A stretch of 64,000 nt of DNA, from NCBI GenBank assembly GCA_965237525.1, contig CBDEFO010000008.1, positions 160,001 to 224,000 of the forward strand, read 5' to 3'. Position 1 is the first letter of the stretch, and each line of letters begins with the position of its first letter. Below, in pieces: positions 43,765-53,848 of this stretch. This DNA comes from Candidatus Latescibacterota bacterium. GTDB lineage: Bacteria; Latescibacterota; CBDEFO01. Position numbers and translations under genes: made by a program. The notes below the pieces were generated by a model, which did no database searches, was not told where the DNA came from, and worked only from the letters and a program-made list of their open reading frames with translations.

Positions 43765-46666
43765 CGGCGCCGACCGTTTCGCTGTCCAGGTGCCCAATGG
43801 GACGGATATGGCGGGGATCTACCAGAACTTTGTAGCGGATGGTGACGACAGCGAGTGGGAGATGATTCCCCCTACGTTCTGGTGGACACACGAGGATGCG
43901 TTTCAGCTCTGGGAAGGGTCAGAGTTAATAGACGCCTCCGACCTAGCCTTGCGTGTTATTTTAGGATGGAATGAGGCTACCAACCATGTAATCTGGTTTG
44001 AGGATAGATATGACGATGTCTATGTCGGTTGGGTAGCTGACTTCATTCAGGAGACTGTTGAGCTTGGCATCGATGGGGACCACAGCGGAGGACGGTACAT
44101 GCAAATGAACCTGGACGACCTGGATTCGAACAGGTTCGACGCCGCTTTTGCACAGAATTGGCGCTATTTTGTGATCCGAGAGAATCCGGTCTGGCTGTGG
44201 GGAGCAGCTACGTGGGTAAACGTGGCTCCTTATTCCGACTTCGGCTGGAGCTTCGACGGCAACCTGGGTGACCCGGGCAACCTGATTGCTGAGATGGCCG
44301 TGACTCCGTTTGACGATCTGGATCCTGCAGGTATACAGACCAGTATAGTACACGACCTTACAGCGGGCGAAGTCATCGGAGTAGGCATTAACGTTCAGGA
44401 CGTCGACATGATTGGGAGCATCAACGATCCCAACCAACAAGGTGGCGTCCAACAGACTAACGGTGGCTACTATACCAGCGGAGGCGAGCAGGTCGGCAAA
44501 TTTGCGGATACCTTCCTTGACGTCACTCTACTTCCTTTTGATCCGTCAATATGGGTACGCGTGGACGGTCTTCCTCCAATGGGTACAATCTCAGTCAGTC
44601 TCCCGCACACATCTATCCCTATGGGCGGTACGCTTTCAGCCCCTATCCTTATGGAAGGGGATGTGACAGGGCGTGGAATCATATCAGTGCAGATGAATAT
44701 CAGCTACGATTCAAATGTAATAGAGGCAATAGATCTAATATCGCAAGGGACACTGAGCCAAGGTTGGACGATTGCTGACACAGTCGCGACTGGAATTGGA
44801 ACATCTATAGACACTGTAAAGGTTGCGATGGCGGCTCCGGGGCCCGACACACTATCAGGGTCTGGAGATCTTGTCCTTATCAATTTTGTAACATCAGATT
44901 TGGCAGCTATTGGAGATTCCACAGCGTTAGTCTTTGAAGATTTCTTCTTCAATGAGCGCGATCCTGTGGCAGCTACACGTAATGGATCTGTGCAAATTTT
45001 TGGGCCAACTGTAGCCGGTGTATCCGTTTCCAGAGCTCTCGTTCCAGTGGGCCATCCTGTCGTGATCTTCGCTGACGTTACCAATGCAGATTCCGTGGAA
45101 GTCAGGGTGTGGGATCCGAACGATATGACCTTTGCTCCTGTGCATTTGACGCTCTTCGATGACGGGGCACACAACGACGGGCTTGCCGGAGATAGACGCT
45201 GGGCAAGCGACCCCTGGCTTACTCCCGCTGATCACCCCCGGTTTTTCTATGTGGACATCTTGGCAAGGAGCAACCTGGGAGCAGAGAGCCGTATAGATAG
45301 CGTCGCCTCGTTCGAGACAGCAATCTTCGTGACCCTGGGAGCGGGTGAAGAAGTCGCAGGTCCCGGAGGACAGGCTTTAGTTCCTATCTTTGCTCGTAGT
45401 CTGAATGGCGCAGACGTGGTATCGGGCGAGGTAACGCTCCGCTTCGATCCAAATCTTGTGCAGTTTATACGAGCATTTCCGGGACCAGGACAGAGCTTTC
45501 CCAGTGGTTTTGTCTTTAACTCTGCTGAACCTGGAAGAGCCGTAATAGCCTTCGCCTCGATAGCTCCACTTTTTGATACTCCAGAAGGTATCCTGGCATT
45601 TGCGGTATTTCAGGTATCCCCCGGTGCATTGTTAGGCTCAAGGATAGATATATTTGTGCCAGAAGATCAATCAAATGTAAATGAAGGGCTTCCCCCTGTG
45701 ACTACGTTCGACGGCGGCATCACAGTAGAGCTTGTAGGCGATATCAGCAGAAACGGTCAGATTAAGTCGTTCGATGCTGCTTTAGCGCTGATGCATTCGG
45801 TCAGGTTCAGGGACATACTAGTCGAGTTTTTCGGCGGCGACGAAAGCTTATTCCTGGCGATCTCGGATGTGACGCGCAACGGGAGCGTGACAGCTATGGA
45901 CGCCGTCCGGATCCTACAATTTGTAGTTGAGTTGATCCCAGGACTACCGTTACTCGGATCCGATGGCCTTGCGAAGGTCACAGATGCCGAACCTCGCACA
46001 GTCAGCATGTCAGATGCCTTGGAAATATTCGAAGGGGGCTTAAAGGTGTCCCTTTCCATAGACGATATGTCAGGAGTTCTTGGAGCGGATATATCCATAA
46101 GCTACGACTCATCGAGGTTGAAGGCAGTGAGTGTGTCTCCCTCAGATATGCTGTCGTCCTTTATGTTCCAGAGCAACATTAAGGGAGACGAGGTTAAGAT
46201 AGCCTTTGCTTCTATTGATCCAGTGGAAAGCGGTGGAGAGATAGCCTACATCGAGTTTGAGATCATCCGCGGTGTGAGCGACTACTCTGAGGTTGAACTG
46301 TTAAGGATTAAGGACGTCCAGCTTAACGAGGGGCTAATTCTTGCCATAACCGGGGAGACAGAGCTGTCCTTAGAATCCTCTATTCCCGAGACTTACTCCC
46401 TCTCCCAGAACTATCCCAATCCCTTCAACCCTGAGACAGTGATCCATTACGACCTTCCCGTTCGAAGCCACGTTAATATATCTGTCTACAATATGATGGG
46501 ACAGAAGGTTGCAATATTGGTTGACAGAGAGGTGGACGCAGGTAGTCACTCTGTCGTATGGGATGGCAAAGATTACAATGGAGAAAGCCCCGCCAGCGGG
46601 ATCTATGTGGTTCGGATGGCGGCGGATGGGTTTGTGAACACGAGGAAACTTGTCTTGATGAAATAA
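43691..46666 (+). CDS. Secreted protein: possible sugar-binding/DOMON-like N-domain, 2 cohesins, choice-of-anchor X-like domain, dockerin, cohesin-like domain, CTD
   Basis: ISYDSNVIE and LRFDPNLVQF (cohesin); LFDDGAHNDGLAGD; GDISRNGQIKSFDA / DVTRNGSVTAMDA (dockerin); QNYPNPFNPET. Confidence 0.82.
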   Translation: MKKIFPIFMVLGFVLFAASMSSAHLGADRFAVQVPNGTDMAGIYQNFVADGDDSEWEMIPPTFWWTHEDAFQLWEGSELIDASDLALRVILGWNEATNHVIWFEDRYDDVYVGWVADFIQETVELGIDGDHSGGRYMQMNLDDLDSNRFDAAFAQNWRYFVIRENPVWLWGAATWVNVAPYSDFGWSFDGNLGDPGNLIAEMAVTPFDDLDPAGIQTSIVHDLTAGEVIGVGINVQDVDMIGSINDPNQQGGVQQTNGGYYTSGGEQVGKFADTFLDVTLLPFDPSIWVRVDGLPPMGTISVSLPHTSIPMGGTLSAPILMEGDVTGRGIISVQMNISYDSNVIEAIDLISQGTLSQGWTIADTVATGIGTSIDTVKVAMAAPGPDTLSGSGDLVLINFVTSDLAAIGDSTALVFEDFFFNERDPVAATRNGSVQIFGPTVAGVSVSRALVPVGHPVVIFADVTNADSVEVRVWDPNDMTFAPVHLTLFDDGAHNDGLAGDRRWASDPWLTPADHPRFFYVDILARSNLGAESRIDSVASFETAIFVTLGAGEEVAGPGGQALVPIFARSLNGADVVSGEVTLRFDPNLVQFIRAFPGPGQSFPSGFVFNSAEPGRAVIAFASIAPLFDTPEGILAFAVFQVSPGALLGSRIDIFVPEDQSNVNEGLPPVTTFDGGITVELVGDISRNGQIKSFDAALALMHSVRFRDILVEFFGGDESLFLAISDVTRNGSVTAMDAVRILQFVVELIPGLPLLGSDGLAKVTDAEPRTVSMSDALEIFEGGLKVSLSIDDMSGVLGADISISYDSSRLKAVSVSPSDMLSSFMFQSNIKGDEVKIAFASIDPVESGGEIAYIEFEIIRGVSDYSEVELLRIKDVQLNEGLILAITGETELSLESSIPETYSLSQNYPNPFNPETVIHYDLPVRSHVNISVYNMMGQKVAILVDREVDAGSHSVVWDGKDYNGESPASGIYVVRMAADGFVNTRKLVLMK

Positions 46667-46805
46667 GCTTCTTTATTTATTTACAACCGTCTTTAGCCCG
46701 CAGATGAGGAGGTGACACAAATTCACCCAGGTTTGGGTACTACAACGCAGCAATATAGGTAATTGCGCATGCATTTCCGTTAATCACTCTCAATGAAAGG
46801 ATAGC

Positions 46806-47161
46806 ATGATGAAGAAGATATTTTCGGTATTCATGGCTCTGGGATTTGTCGTTTTTGGCGTTTCGATGGGATCCGCTCACCTGAGGTTAGATCAGACCTT
46901 TGTCGCTCCCATGCTTCCCATTGATGGGACTCCGGGGATGCCACCTAATTTCCCTGTGAGGGTTGTACTAGACGGTGATGGGTCCGAGTGGGATATGCTT
47001 CCTCGACAGTACTATTTAACGCACGATGATCTGAAAGAGGTCATCAAAGGGGGGTTTCCTGAGCCGAACCCCTCCAGCCTCGCCGTGAAGGTAGTCTGGG
47101 GATGGAGCCCGGTGACCAACTTGCTCTATGTGATAGAGGAGAGATTTGACGACCGCTCTAA
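46806..47161 (+). pseudogene. Paralogue of the 43691 N-terminus, truncated by IS copy 2
   Basis: Same signal peptide; DGDGSEWDM.P and GW...TN......E.R.DD align with 43691. Confidence 0.8.
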
Positions 47162-48680
47162 AAGCCTTGTGAAAAACCCTTAGATTCAGAAAGTAGTATA
47201 AAACAAGCATTGATAAAGCAGCTCCGATGTATTATATTATGTTATTGATAATATTATACATGGAGGAAACAATGACCCCACAAAAGCAGGAACAGACAAA
47301 TCCGATGTTTCATTATTTTCAGATGGAGGATTTAGTTCCCGAGGATCATATCCTTCGTCAGATTGATGAGGCAGTTGATTTTTCATTTGTACGAGACGTT
47401 GTATCAGATTGTTATTGCCCTGACAATGGCAGACCCGGTATTGATCCTGAATTAGTTGTTCGAATGATCCTTATTGGCTATCTGTATAATTTGAGTGAGA
47501 ATCGGCTCTGTCAGGAAGTGGGGATGCATGCGGCATATCGGTTGTTTTGTCATCAGACATTTGATGATGCGGTTCCGGATAGGAGCACGATCAACAAGCT
47601 TCGCAATCACAAGTGGGCATCCAGTGGGTTGTTTGAACGGATAATGCGTCAGGTAGTCCAGTGTTGCATAGATGTCGGTCTTGTGAGCGGTAAACACCTT
47701 AGTGTCGACGGCACTCAGATACAAGCTGATGCTTCAGTGAAAAGTATTGAGCCGATAGAACCCCCTTTTTCTCTTGATGATTATCTCAAGGGAATCGGTT
47801 TTGAAGGTGATAAGACAAAGGGTAGGTCCGGGCATCCTCAGGATAAAGACTTTCATGGTGAAAAGTGGACGAACCAAACACACCGTTCGACTACAGACCC
47901 CGACGCGCGCTTATACAGCAAATCGAAGGGCAAAGGGGCTTTTCTCTCGTTTATGGGCCATGATCTGATCGACACAAAAAGCAGAGTAATCCTTGAGACT
48001 CAGGGCACGCAGGCGACAGGGACAGCAGAGCCCGAAAGTGCCCTTAAGATGGTAGATGACCTTGAAACATACACCATGCCCAAAGACATTCAGACACTTA
48101 GTGCCGATACCGGTTACGGTTCTGGTAATTTTATCGCTGATGTACTTGACCGGGGAATCATACCCCATATTCCTCTGCGAGCCGATGAGAAGATTGAACC
48201 GATTCCTACATGGAAAAACAAGACAAATCCAGCACATATTCAGGCCGAACGGGATAGAAAAGTGCGAGAGGCGAAAGCCAGAAATCATGCACGGTCTATC
48301 TCATTAACAGCTGACTACAAACTCTCCCGGAGACTCCGTAAACGCAGTGAACATATCTTTGCTGAAGCCAGGCAACAACACGGTATGGGACGAGCCCGTT
48401 ACAGAGGACCAGCCTCACTGAATGAACAGTTGAATCTTGTTGCAACAGTACAGAATCTCAAGAGGCTTGTATCTTTCATAAGAAGGGGGAAAGCGTCTAT
48501 GTGTGCCCTGTCTGTCAAAGACAGTGCATCCTGTTCTTCAAACAGCTCCTATTCCTTGCTGACCAGAACTCTGATAAGACTATTTTGCTTATTCCACAGC
48601 AAAACGATACGATATGCTACTCTTTGACCCATAATCGGCGCTTCAGACGCTGCCTGGGACATAACTATTTCACAAGGCTT
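47162..48680 (+). mobile_element. IS1182-family element, copy 2 (1519 bp); flanks CTAA/TTAA do not match
   Basis: TIRs AAGCCTTGTGAAA / TTTCACAAGGCTT. Confidence 0.93.
47272..48627 (+). CDS. IS1182-family DDE transposase (intact)
   Basis: EDLVPEDHILRQID, GRPGIDPE, PDRSTI, VDGTQIQA, STTDPDARL, ADTGY, RKRSEHIFAE; ATG 47272 after GGAGG. Confidence 0.92.
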   Translation: MTPQKQEQTNPMFHYFQMEDLVPEDHILRQIDEAVDFSFVRDVVSDCYCPDNGRPGIDPELVVRMILIGYLYNLSENRLCQEVGMHAAYRLFCHQTFDDAVPDRSTINKLRNHKWASSGLFERIMRQVVQCCIDVGLVSGKHLSVDGTQIQADASVKSIEPIEPPFSLDDYLKGIGFEGDKTKGRSGHPQDKDFHGEKWTNQTHRSTTDPDARLYSKSKGKGAFLSFMGHDLIDTKSRVILETQGTQATGTAEPESALKMVDDLETYTMPKDIQTLSADTGYGSGNFIADVLDRGIIPHIPLRADEKIEPIPTWKNKTNPAHIQAERDRKVREAKARNHARSISLTADYKLSRRLRKRSEHIFAEARQQHGMGRARYRGPASLNEQLNLVATVQNLKRLVSFIRRGKASMCALSVKDSASCSSNSSYSLLTRTLIRLFCLFHSKTIRYATL

Positions 48681-48685
48681 TTAAA

Positions 48686-51238
48686 GTGGATCCGGATACC
48701 GGAACTGTAATACCCCTCTTAAGGGATCCCTCCATTACCTTTCCGTACGGGGTTGCCATCGATCACTTGGGAGATGTCTTCATCTCGAATCTGGCTCACT
48801 TTAATCCAGTGACAGGGGAGTTCGAAGGGGGAAAGCTGATCAGGCTGGACCCTGCCACAGGAGAATTTACCACCGTAGTTAAAGCTGAACTGGATTCTCT
48901 GGACTCCTTCTTCTCTTTAGGCGCTATAGGCCTTGATGCAAGTGGTGCTGTAATCGCCATAGACCCTGGTTCTTTAGCATTCGGTCTCCAGCCAAAGATA
49001 CTCAGGATCGATCCAGCTACAGGTGAGGTTCGGATTTTAGCGTCTGGTCCACCCTTCCGCACTCCTGTAAATCTTGCGGTGGCAGAGGACGGTTCCATCC
49101 TCATTGCCGATTCCAACGCTGACCCTAAAGGGCTTGGAATCACCACAGGAGCGATCTTTAAACTGGATCCGGAGACTGGAAGTCTGACCACCTTAGCTAC
49201 TGGCGGTTTGGTTACAGGCCCGTTCGGATTGGCTCTGGGCAAATCTGGGGAGGTCGTGTGGACCAATATCTCTAAGAGGGTCCGTATATTGGACGTTAAG
49301 GTCTCAGGAAACTTAGCCGTGATATCCAATGAGGTCCCTCCATTTCCAGACTTTTTGGATGCTGACCTGGGAGGGATCCAGATCCTGGACGTCTCCGATC
49401 CGTCAAACCCCGTGGAACTCGTCAAGTATACAAACAAGCTTACATTCGGCGTCCACAATTCCTTTATAGACGGGAGTCTTGTCTATCTGGTCAGCGATTT
49501 TGACGGCCTCCGGATAGTAGATATATCTGATCCGTGGCAGCCCTTCGAGATAGCACACTGGGAATTGCCCATATCAGAACACCCTGAGCGAGGTTTTAGG
49601 TTCAACCATCTCCACGATGTCTCTGTCTCAGGAAACAGAGCCTATTTAGCCTATTTGGAGGCCGGACTCAGGATCCTGGATGTCGCAGATCCCGAAAACC
49701 CAAGGGAGATCAGCGCTTACACCTATCCCGACGCCTCTACGCACAGTGCGGAACCCTCCGCAAATGGGGATTTCGTTTATATAACCGATGAGCAGCCCGG
49801 CGGCTTTATGCGGGTTATAGACATAAGGGACCTTTCCAGTCCCAGAGAAGTCGGCAGTTATAAAAGCTCCAGTCGTATCGTTGTTGGGAATCGAGAGGTC
49901 TCGATCCACAATATCCTTGTGGAAGGCGACCTTGTATACATAGGGTACTATCAGGACGGCTTCAGGGTTGTTGATGTCTCTGATCCGACGGACCCTGTAG
50001 AGGTCGGCTTTTACATCCGAAGCCAGAGCTACTCCCGGGGGTTATTAAACGGGGTCTTTACTTCCTTCCCCTCAAAGGGTCTGGCCTTCGTAAGCGATAC
50101 AGATCATGGACTTTTTATCCTCAGGTTCAGAAGGCCGTCTTACCTTGTCCGCAGCCGTGATGTTTCGGTGACCCCTCCTAAGGTGCACTCGGGTATTGAA
50201 ACTGATATGACCATCACTGCAAAGATCTCCCCTTCAGGGGACGGTGGAGGTCCGGTCAAAGTCACTGTGGATTTAAGCCCGATAGGCAGTGAGGTTGAAA
50301 TCCCTATGGCAGATGACGGAACTGGAGGCGATGAATTCTTTGGCGACGGGATATTCACTGCTTCGGTTAGCTTGGTGCCCATGGTCCTTACGAGAGAGAA
50401 CACCCTAACAATTACCGTCGAGGACACCGCTTCAGGCAGGGTCTTTGCCAGGAGCAAGGTCGAGCTCATTCCCTCAGATGATCTATGGATTTACAGGGAT
50501 GGGATCGAACCTGGATGGAAGGTTGAGCTCGTCGGACCCACCAGAGTTGAATCTGATCTGAAGTCCTCAAAATTCGTCTATAGTGGCAGCGCCTCTCACG
50601 CCATCTCGTCGTTACGCGGAGTAATCAGATATGTGTTGGACGATCCCAGAGGGATTGATCCCTTCTTCCTCTACACCCACCTGGAGTTCTACATCAACGG
50701 GGGAGATGCTTCGCGGCAGAATCCTATTACTGCGGGCAAGCAGTTGAGCAGCTTGGGGATTGTGCCGCAGCCGGACACCTGGCAGTTGGTGTCTATCCCG
50801 ATCTCAGAGGTCCCTGTTAACCAGGAAGGACGCATCGTGTCGATCCGAATCTATGGGGCGATGAAGGAGGCATTCTACCTCGACAATATAAGATTGGTGA
50901 CTCAGGAGATTGAAGAGATCAGCACGGCTGTGGACGAGTCAGAAGAGATGGCTATACCTTCAGGATACTCCCTTTCCCAAAACTATCCCAATCCGTTCAA
51001 CCCCCAGACAGTGATCCGTTATGACCTTCCACTCCAAAGCCATATTAACATGTCTGTCTATAACATAATGGGACAGAAGGTTGCGATATTGGCGGATAGA
51101 GAGATAGAAGCAGGCAGTTACTCTATAGTCTGGGATGGCAAAGATGACAATCAAAAGAGCCTTTCCAGCGGAGTCTATTTCTATCGAATGGTGACAGATG
51201 AATTCGTTCAGACGAGGAAGCTGTTATTGTTGCGGTGA
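48686..51238 (+). CDS. 5'-truncated secreted protein: NHL-like propeller, LVIVD repeats, choice-of-anchor X-like domain, CTD
   Basis: xxDPxTG repeats; GLRIVDISDP, GLRILDVADP, GFRVVDVSDP; MADDGTGGD; QNYPNPFNPQT; no signal peptide, starts mid-repeat at the IS edge. Confidence 0.78.
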   Translation: MDPDTGTVIPLLRDPSITFPYGVAIDHLGDVFISNLAHFNPVTGEFEGGKLIRLDPATGEFTTVVKAELDSLDSFFSLGAIGLDASGAVIAIDPGSLAFGLQPKILRIDPATGEVRILASGPPFRTPVNLAVAEDGSILIADSNADPKGLGITTGAIFKLDPETGSLTTLATGGLVTGPFGLALGKSGEVVWTNISKRVRILDVKVSGNLAVISNEVPPFPDFLDADLGGIQILDVSDPSNPVELVKYTNKLTFGVHNSFIDGSLVYLVSDFDGLRIVDISDPWQPFEIAHWELPISEHPERGFRFNHLHDVSVSGNRAYLAYLEAGLRILDVADPENPREISAYTYPDASTHSAEPSANGDFVYITDEQPGGFMRVIDIRDLSSPREVGSYKSSSRIVVGNREVSIHNILVEGDLVYIGYYQDGFRVVDVSDPTDPVEVGFYIRSQSYSRGLLNGVFTSFPSKGLAFVSDTDHGLFILRFRRPSYLVRSRDVSVTPPKVHSGIETDMTITAKISPSGDGGGPVKVTVDLSPIGSEVEIPMADDGTGGDEFFGDGIFTASVSLVPMVLTRENTLTITVEDTASGRVFARSKVELIPSDDLWIYRDGIEPGWKVELVGPTRVESDLKSSKFVYSGSASHAISSLRGVIRYVLDDPRGIDPFFLYTHLEFYINGGDASRQNPITAGKQLSSLGIVPQPDTWQLVSIPISEVPVNQEGRIVSIRIYGAMKEAFYLDNIRLVTQEIEEISTAVDESEEMAIPSGYSLSQNYPNPFNPQTVIRYDLPLQSHINMSVYNIMGQKVAILADREIEAGSYSIVWDGKDDNQKSLSSGVYFYRMVTDEFVQTRKLLLLR

Positions 51239-51274
51239 ACCTCTCGTAGACCTGTAATGAAAGAGGTTTGAACC

Positions 51275-51406
51275 ATGTTCAAGATATACTTTTGCATAGC
51301 GTTCTGGCTGTTAGTCGCCTTGAATGCGCCTGCCTATGCACAAGCCCTTTTCGGACCCAAGACTGACTATGCCATCATCCGAAAACTATGGACGTGTACA
51401 CTATGA
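51275..51406 (+). pseudogene. Signal-peptide stub homologous to 2682-2864
   Basis: Translates as MFKIYFCIAFWLLVALNAPAYAQALFGPKTDYA...; AGAGG RBS upstream. Confidence 0.45.
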
Positions 51407-51422
51407 AAAAGGATCACTTTAA

Positions 51423-52941
51423 AAGCCTTGTTAAAAACCCTTAGATTCAGAAAGTAGTATAGAACAAGCATTGATAAAGCAGCTCTGATGTATTATATTA
51501 TGTTATTGATAATATTATACATGGAGGAAACAATGACCCCACAAAAGCAGGAACAGACAAATCCGATGTTTCACTATTTTCAGATGGAGGATTTAGTTCC
51601 CGAGGATCATATCCTTCGTCAGATTGATGAGGCAGTTGATTTTTCATTTATACGAGACGTTGTATCAGATTGTTATTGCCCTGACAATGGCAGACCCGGT
51701 ATTGATCCTGAATTAGTTGTTCGAATGATCCTTATTGGCTATCTGTATAATTTGAGTGAGAATCGGCTCTGTCAGGAAGTGGGGATGCATGCGGCATATC
51801 GGTTGTTTTGTCATCAGACATTTGATGATGCGGTTCCGGATAGGAGCACGATCAACAAGCTTCGCAATCACAAGTGGGCATCCAGTGGGTTGTTTGAACG
51901 GATAATGCGTCAGGTAGTCCAGTGTTGCATAGATGTCGGTCTTGTGAGCGGTAAACACCTTAGTGTCGACGGCACTCAGATACAAGCTGATGCTTCAGTG
52001 AAAAGTATTGAGCCGATAGAACCCCCTGTTTCTCTTGATGATTATCTCAAGGGAATCGGTTTTGAAGGTGATAAGACAAAGGGTAGGTCCGGGCATCCTC
52101 AGGATAAAGACTTTCATGGTGAAAAGTGGACGAACCAAACACACCGTTCGACTACAGACCCCGACGCGCGCTTATACAGCAAATCGAAGGGCAAAGGGGC
52201 TTTTCTCTCGTTTATGGGCCATGATCTGATCGACACAAAAAGCAGAGTAATCCTTGAGACTCAGGGCACGCAGGCGACAGGGACAGCAGAGCCCGAAAGT
52301 GCCCTTAAGATGGTAGATGACCTTGAAACATACACCATGCCCAAAGACATTCAGACACTTAGTGCCGATACCGGTTACGGTTCTGGTAATTTTATCGCTG
52401 ATGTACTTGACCGGGGAATCATACCCCATATTCCTCTGCGAGCCGATGAGAAGATTGAACCGATTCCTACATGGAAAAACAAGACAAATCCAGCACATAT
52501 TCAGGCCGAACGGGATAGAAAAGTGCGAGAGGCGAAAGCCAGAAATCATGCACGGTCTATCTCATTAACAGCTGACTACAAACTCTCCCGGAGACTCCGT
52601 AAACGCAGTGAACATATCTTTGCTGAAGCCAGGCAACAACACGGTATGGGACGAGCCCGTTACAGAGGACCAGCCTCACTGAATGAACAGTTGAATCTTG
52701 TTGCAACAGTACAGAATCTCAAGAGGCTTGTATCTTTCATAAGAAGGGGGAAAGCGTCTATGTGTGCCCTGTCTGTCAAAGACAGTGCATCCTGTTCTTC
52801 AAACAGCTCCTATTCCTTGCTGACCAGAACTCTGATAAGACTATTTTGCTTATTCCACAGCAAAACGATACGATATGCTACTCTTTGACCCATAATCGGC
52901 GCTTCAGACGCTGCCTGGAACATAACTATTTCACAAGGCTT
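51423..52941 (+). mobile_element. IS1182-family element, copy 3 (1519 bp), flanked by TTAA/TTAA
   Basis: Left TIR AAGCCTTGTTAAA (one mismatch), right TIR TTTCACAAGGCTT. Confidence 0.93.
51533..52888 (+). CDS. IS1182-family transposase (intact)
   Basis: Differs from copy 2 at two residues that I could see. Confidence 0.92.
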   Translation: MTPQKQEQTNPMFHYFQMEDLVPEDHILRQIDEAVDFSFIRDVVSDCYCPDNGRPGIDPELVVRMILIGYLYNLSENRLCQEVGMHAAYRLFCHQTFDDAVPDRSTINKLRNHKWASSGLFERIMRQVVQCCIDVGLVSGKHLSVDGTQIQADASVKSIEPIEPPVSLDDYLKGIGFEGDKTKGRSGHPQDKDFHGEKWTNQTHRSTTDPDARLYSKSKGKGAFLSFMGHDLIDTKSRVILETQGTQATGTAEPESALKMVDDLETYTMPKDIQTLSADTGYGSGNFIADVLDRGIIPHIPLRADEKIEPIPTWKNKTNPAHIQAERDRKVREAKARNHARSISLTADYKLSRRLRKRSEHIFAEARQQHGMGRARYRGPASLNEQLNLVATVQNLKRLVSFIRRGKASMCALSVKDSASCSSNSSYSLLTRTLIRLFCLFHSKTIRYATL

Positions 52942-53687
52942 TTAAAATGGAGCGTTATCTGGACCGGCTCATCAAATCCGCTTTCTCCCACATCTTCACC
53001 TGTCGAGTCATCCGTGGCTGTGAACTCATACACAACAGCTATTCTCCCCCTGCCTTTGGCATTTGCAGGAAGATTCTGCTCCCCTCTTTTCTCCACTAAC
53101 GCGATAAATGCCCTTGAGCGGGCATTAGCCGGGAAGTTGACAAGGGTTAAGGTGTCGTTTTTAGAGAAAGCCCTGGCTCCTCTCCCCACTCTGAACTTGG
53201 TCGGTCCTCCCATAACAACGACCTCTGTTGAGTCTCGGTTGGCTCCCTCATCCATCACTGTAACGATGGTAGAACCTCCTGTCTTGGCTGTAAATACGCC
53301 AGTTGAATCGATCGTGCCTATATCTGGATCTTCACTCACCCAGGTCAACGTGCCCGTACCGCCGGTCGCCCTAATCTTTTTGCTCTTCCCCACTCCTACT
53401 CTTATCTTGGACTGTCTAATAGTAATAGTTCCAGACTTTCCACCGCCTCTGCCTTTACCACCACCGCCTACAGTATCTTCCTCAGCAACTCCTAAAGTGT
53501 CTCCATCAGCAACTTCAACTTCTACTGTATCTCCATCAGCAACTCCCACAGTATCTGCATCAGCACTGCCTCCTCCACCACCTCCACCTCCTTTCCCTCC
53601 TTTGTCTCCGCTTTTACCTTGAGCTTCCAAGATGGATACACTGGCAAAGAACATCAGTACAACGACAAATAGGGATAGATAGCGCAT
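52942..53687 (-). pseudogene. Secreted Gly-rich protein with a Big_2 domain, 3'-truncated at IS copy 3
   Basis: Signal peptide LEA-Q, poly-Gly tract, WVSEDPDIGTIDSTGVFTA (Big_2); GGAGG RBS. Confidence 0.7.
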
Positions 53688-53848
53688 CGGTGTTACCTCC
53701 TATCTAAACAACCTCGCAAAAAGTCTAAGTCGGGGTACGAAGCGGGCGATATTTACCTCACAGCTATTTAAGATATACAATGACCTAAAGGATTTCTGTG
53801 ATCTGGATCACGAAGAGAGCAATATTTTTAGGAGAAGAGGACATGGTC

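Noticed and set aside
47162..52941. Composite transposon carrying the LVIVD gene
   Set aside because: The outer flanks (CTAA vs TTAA) do not match, and the cargo fits the surrounding CTD gene cluster, so there is no evidence it moved as a unit.
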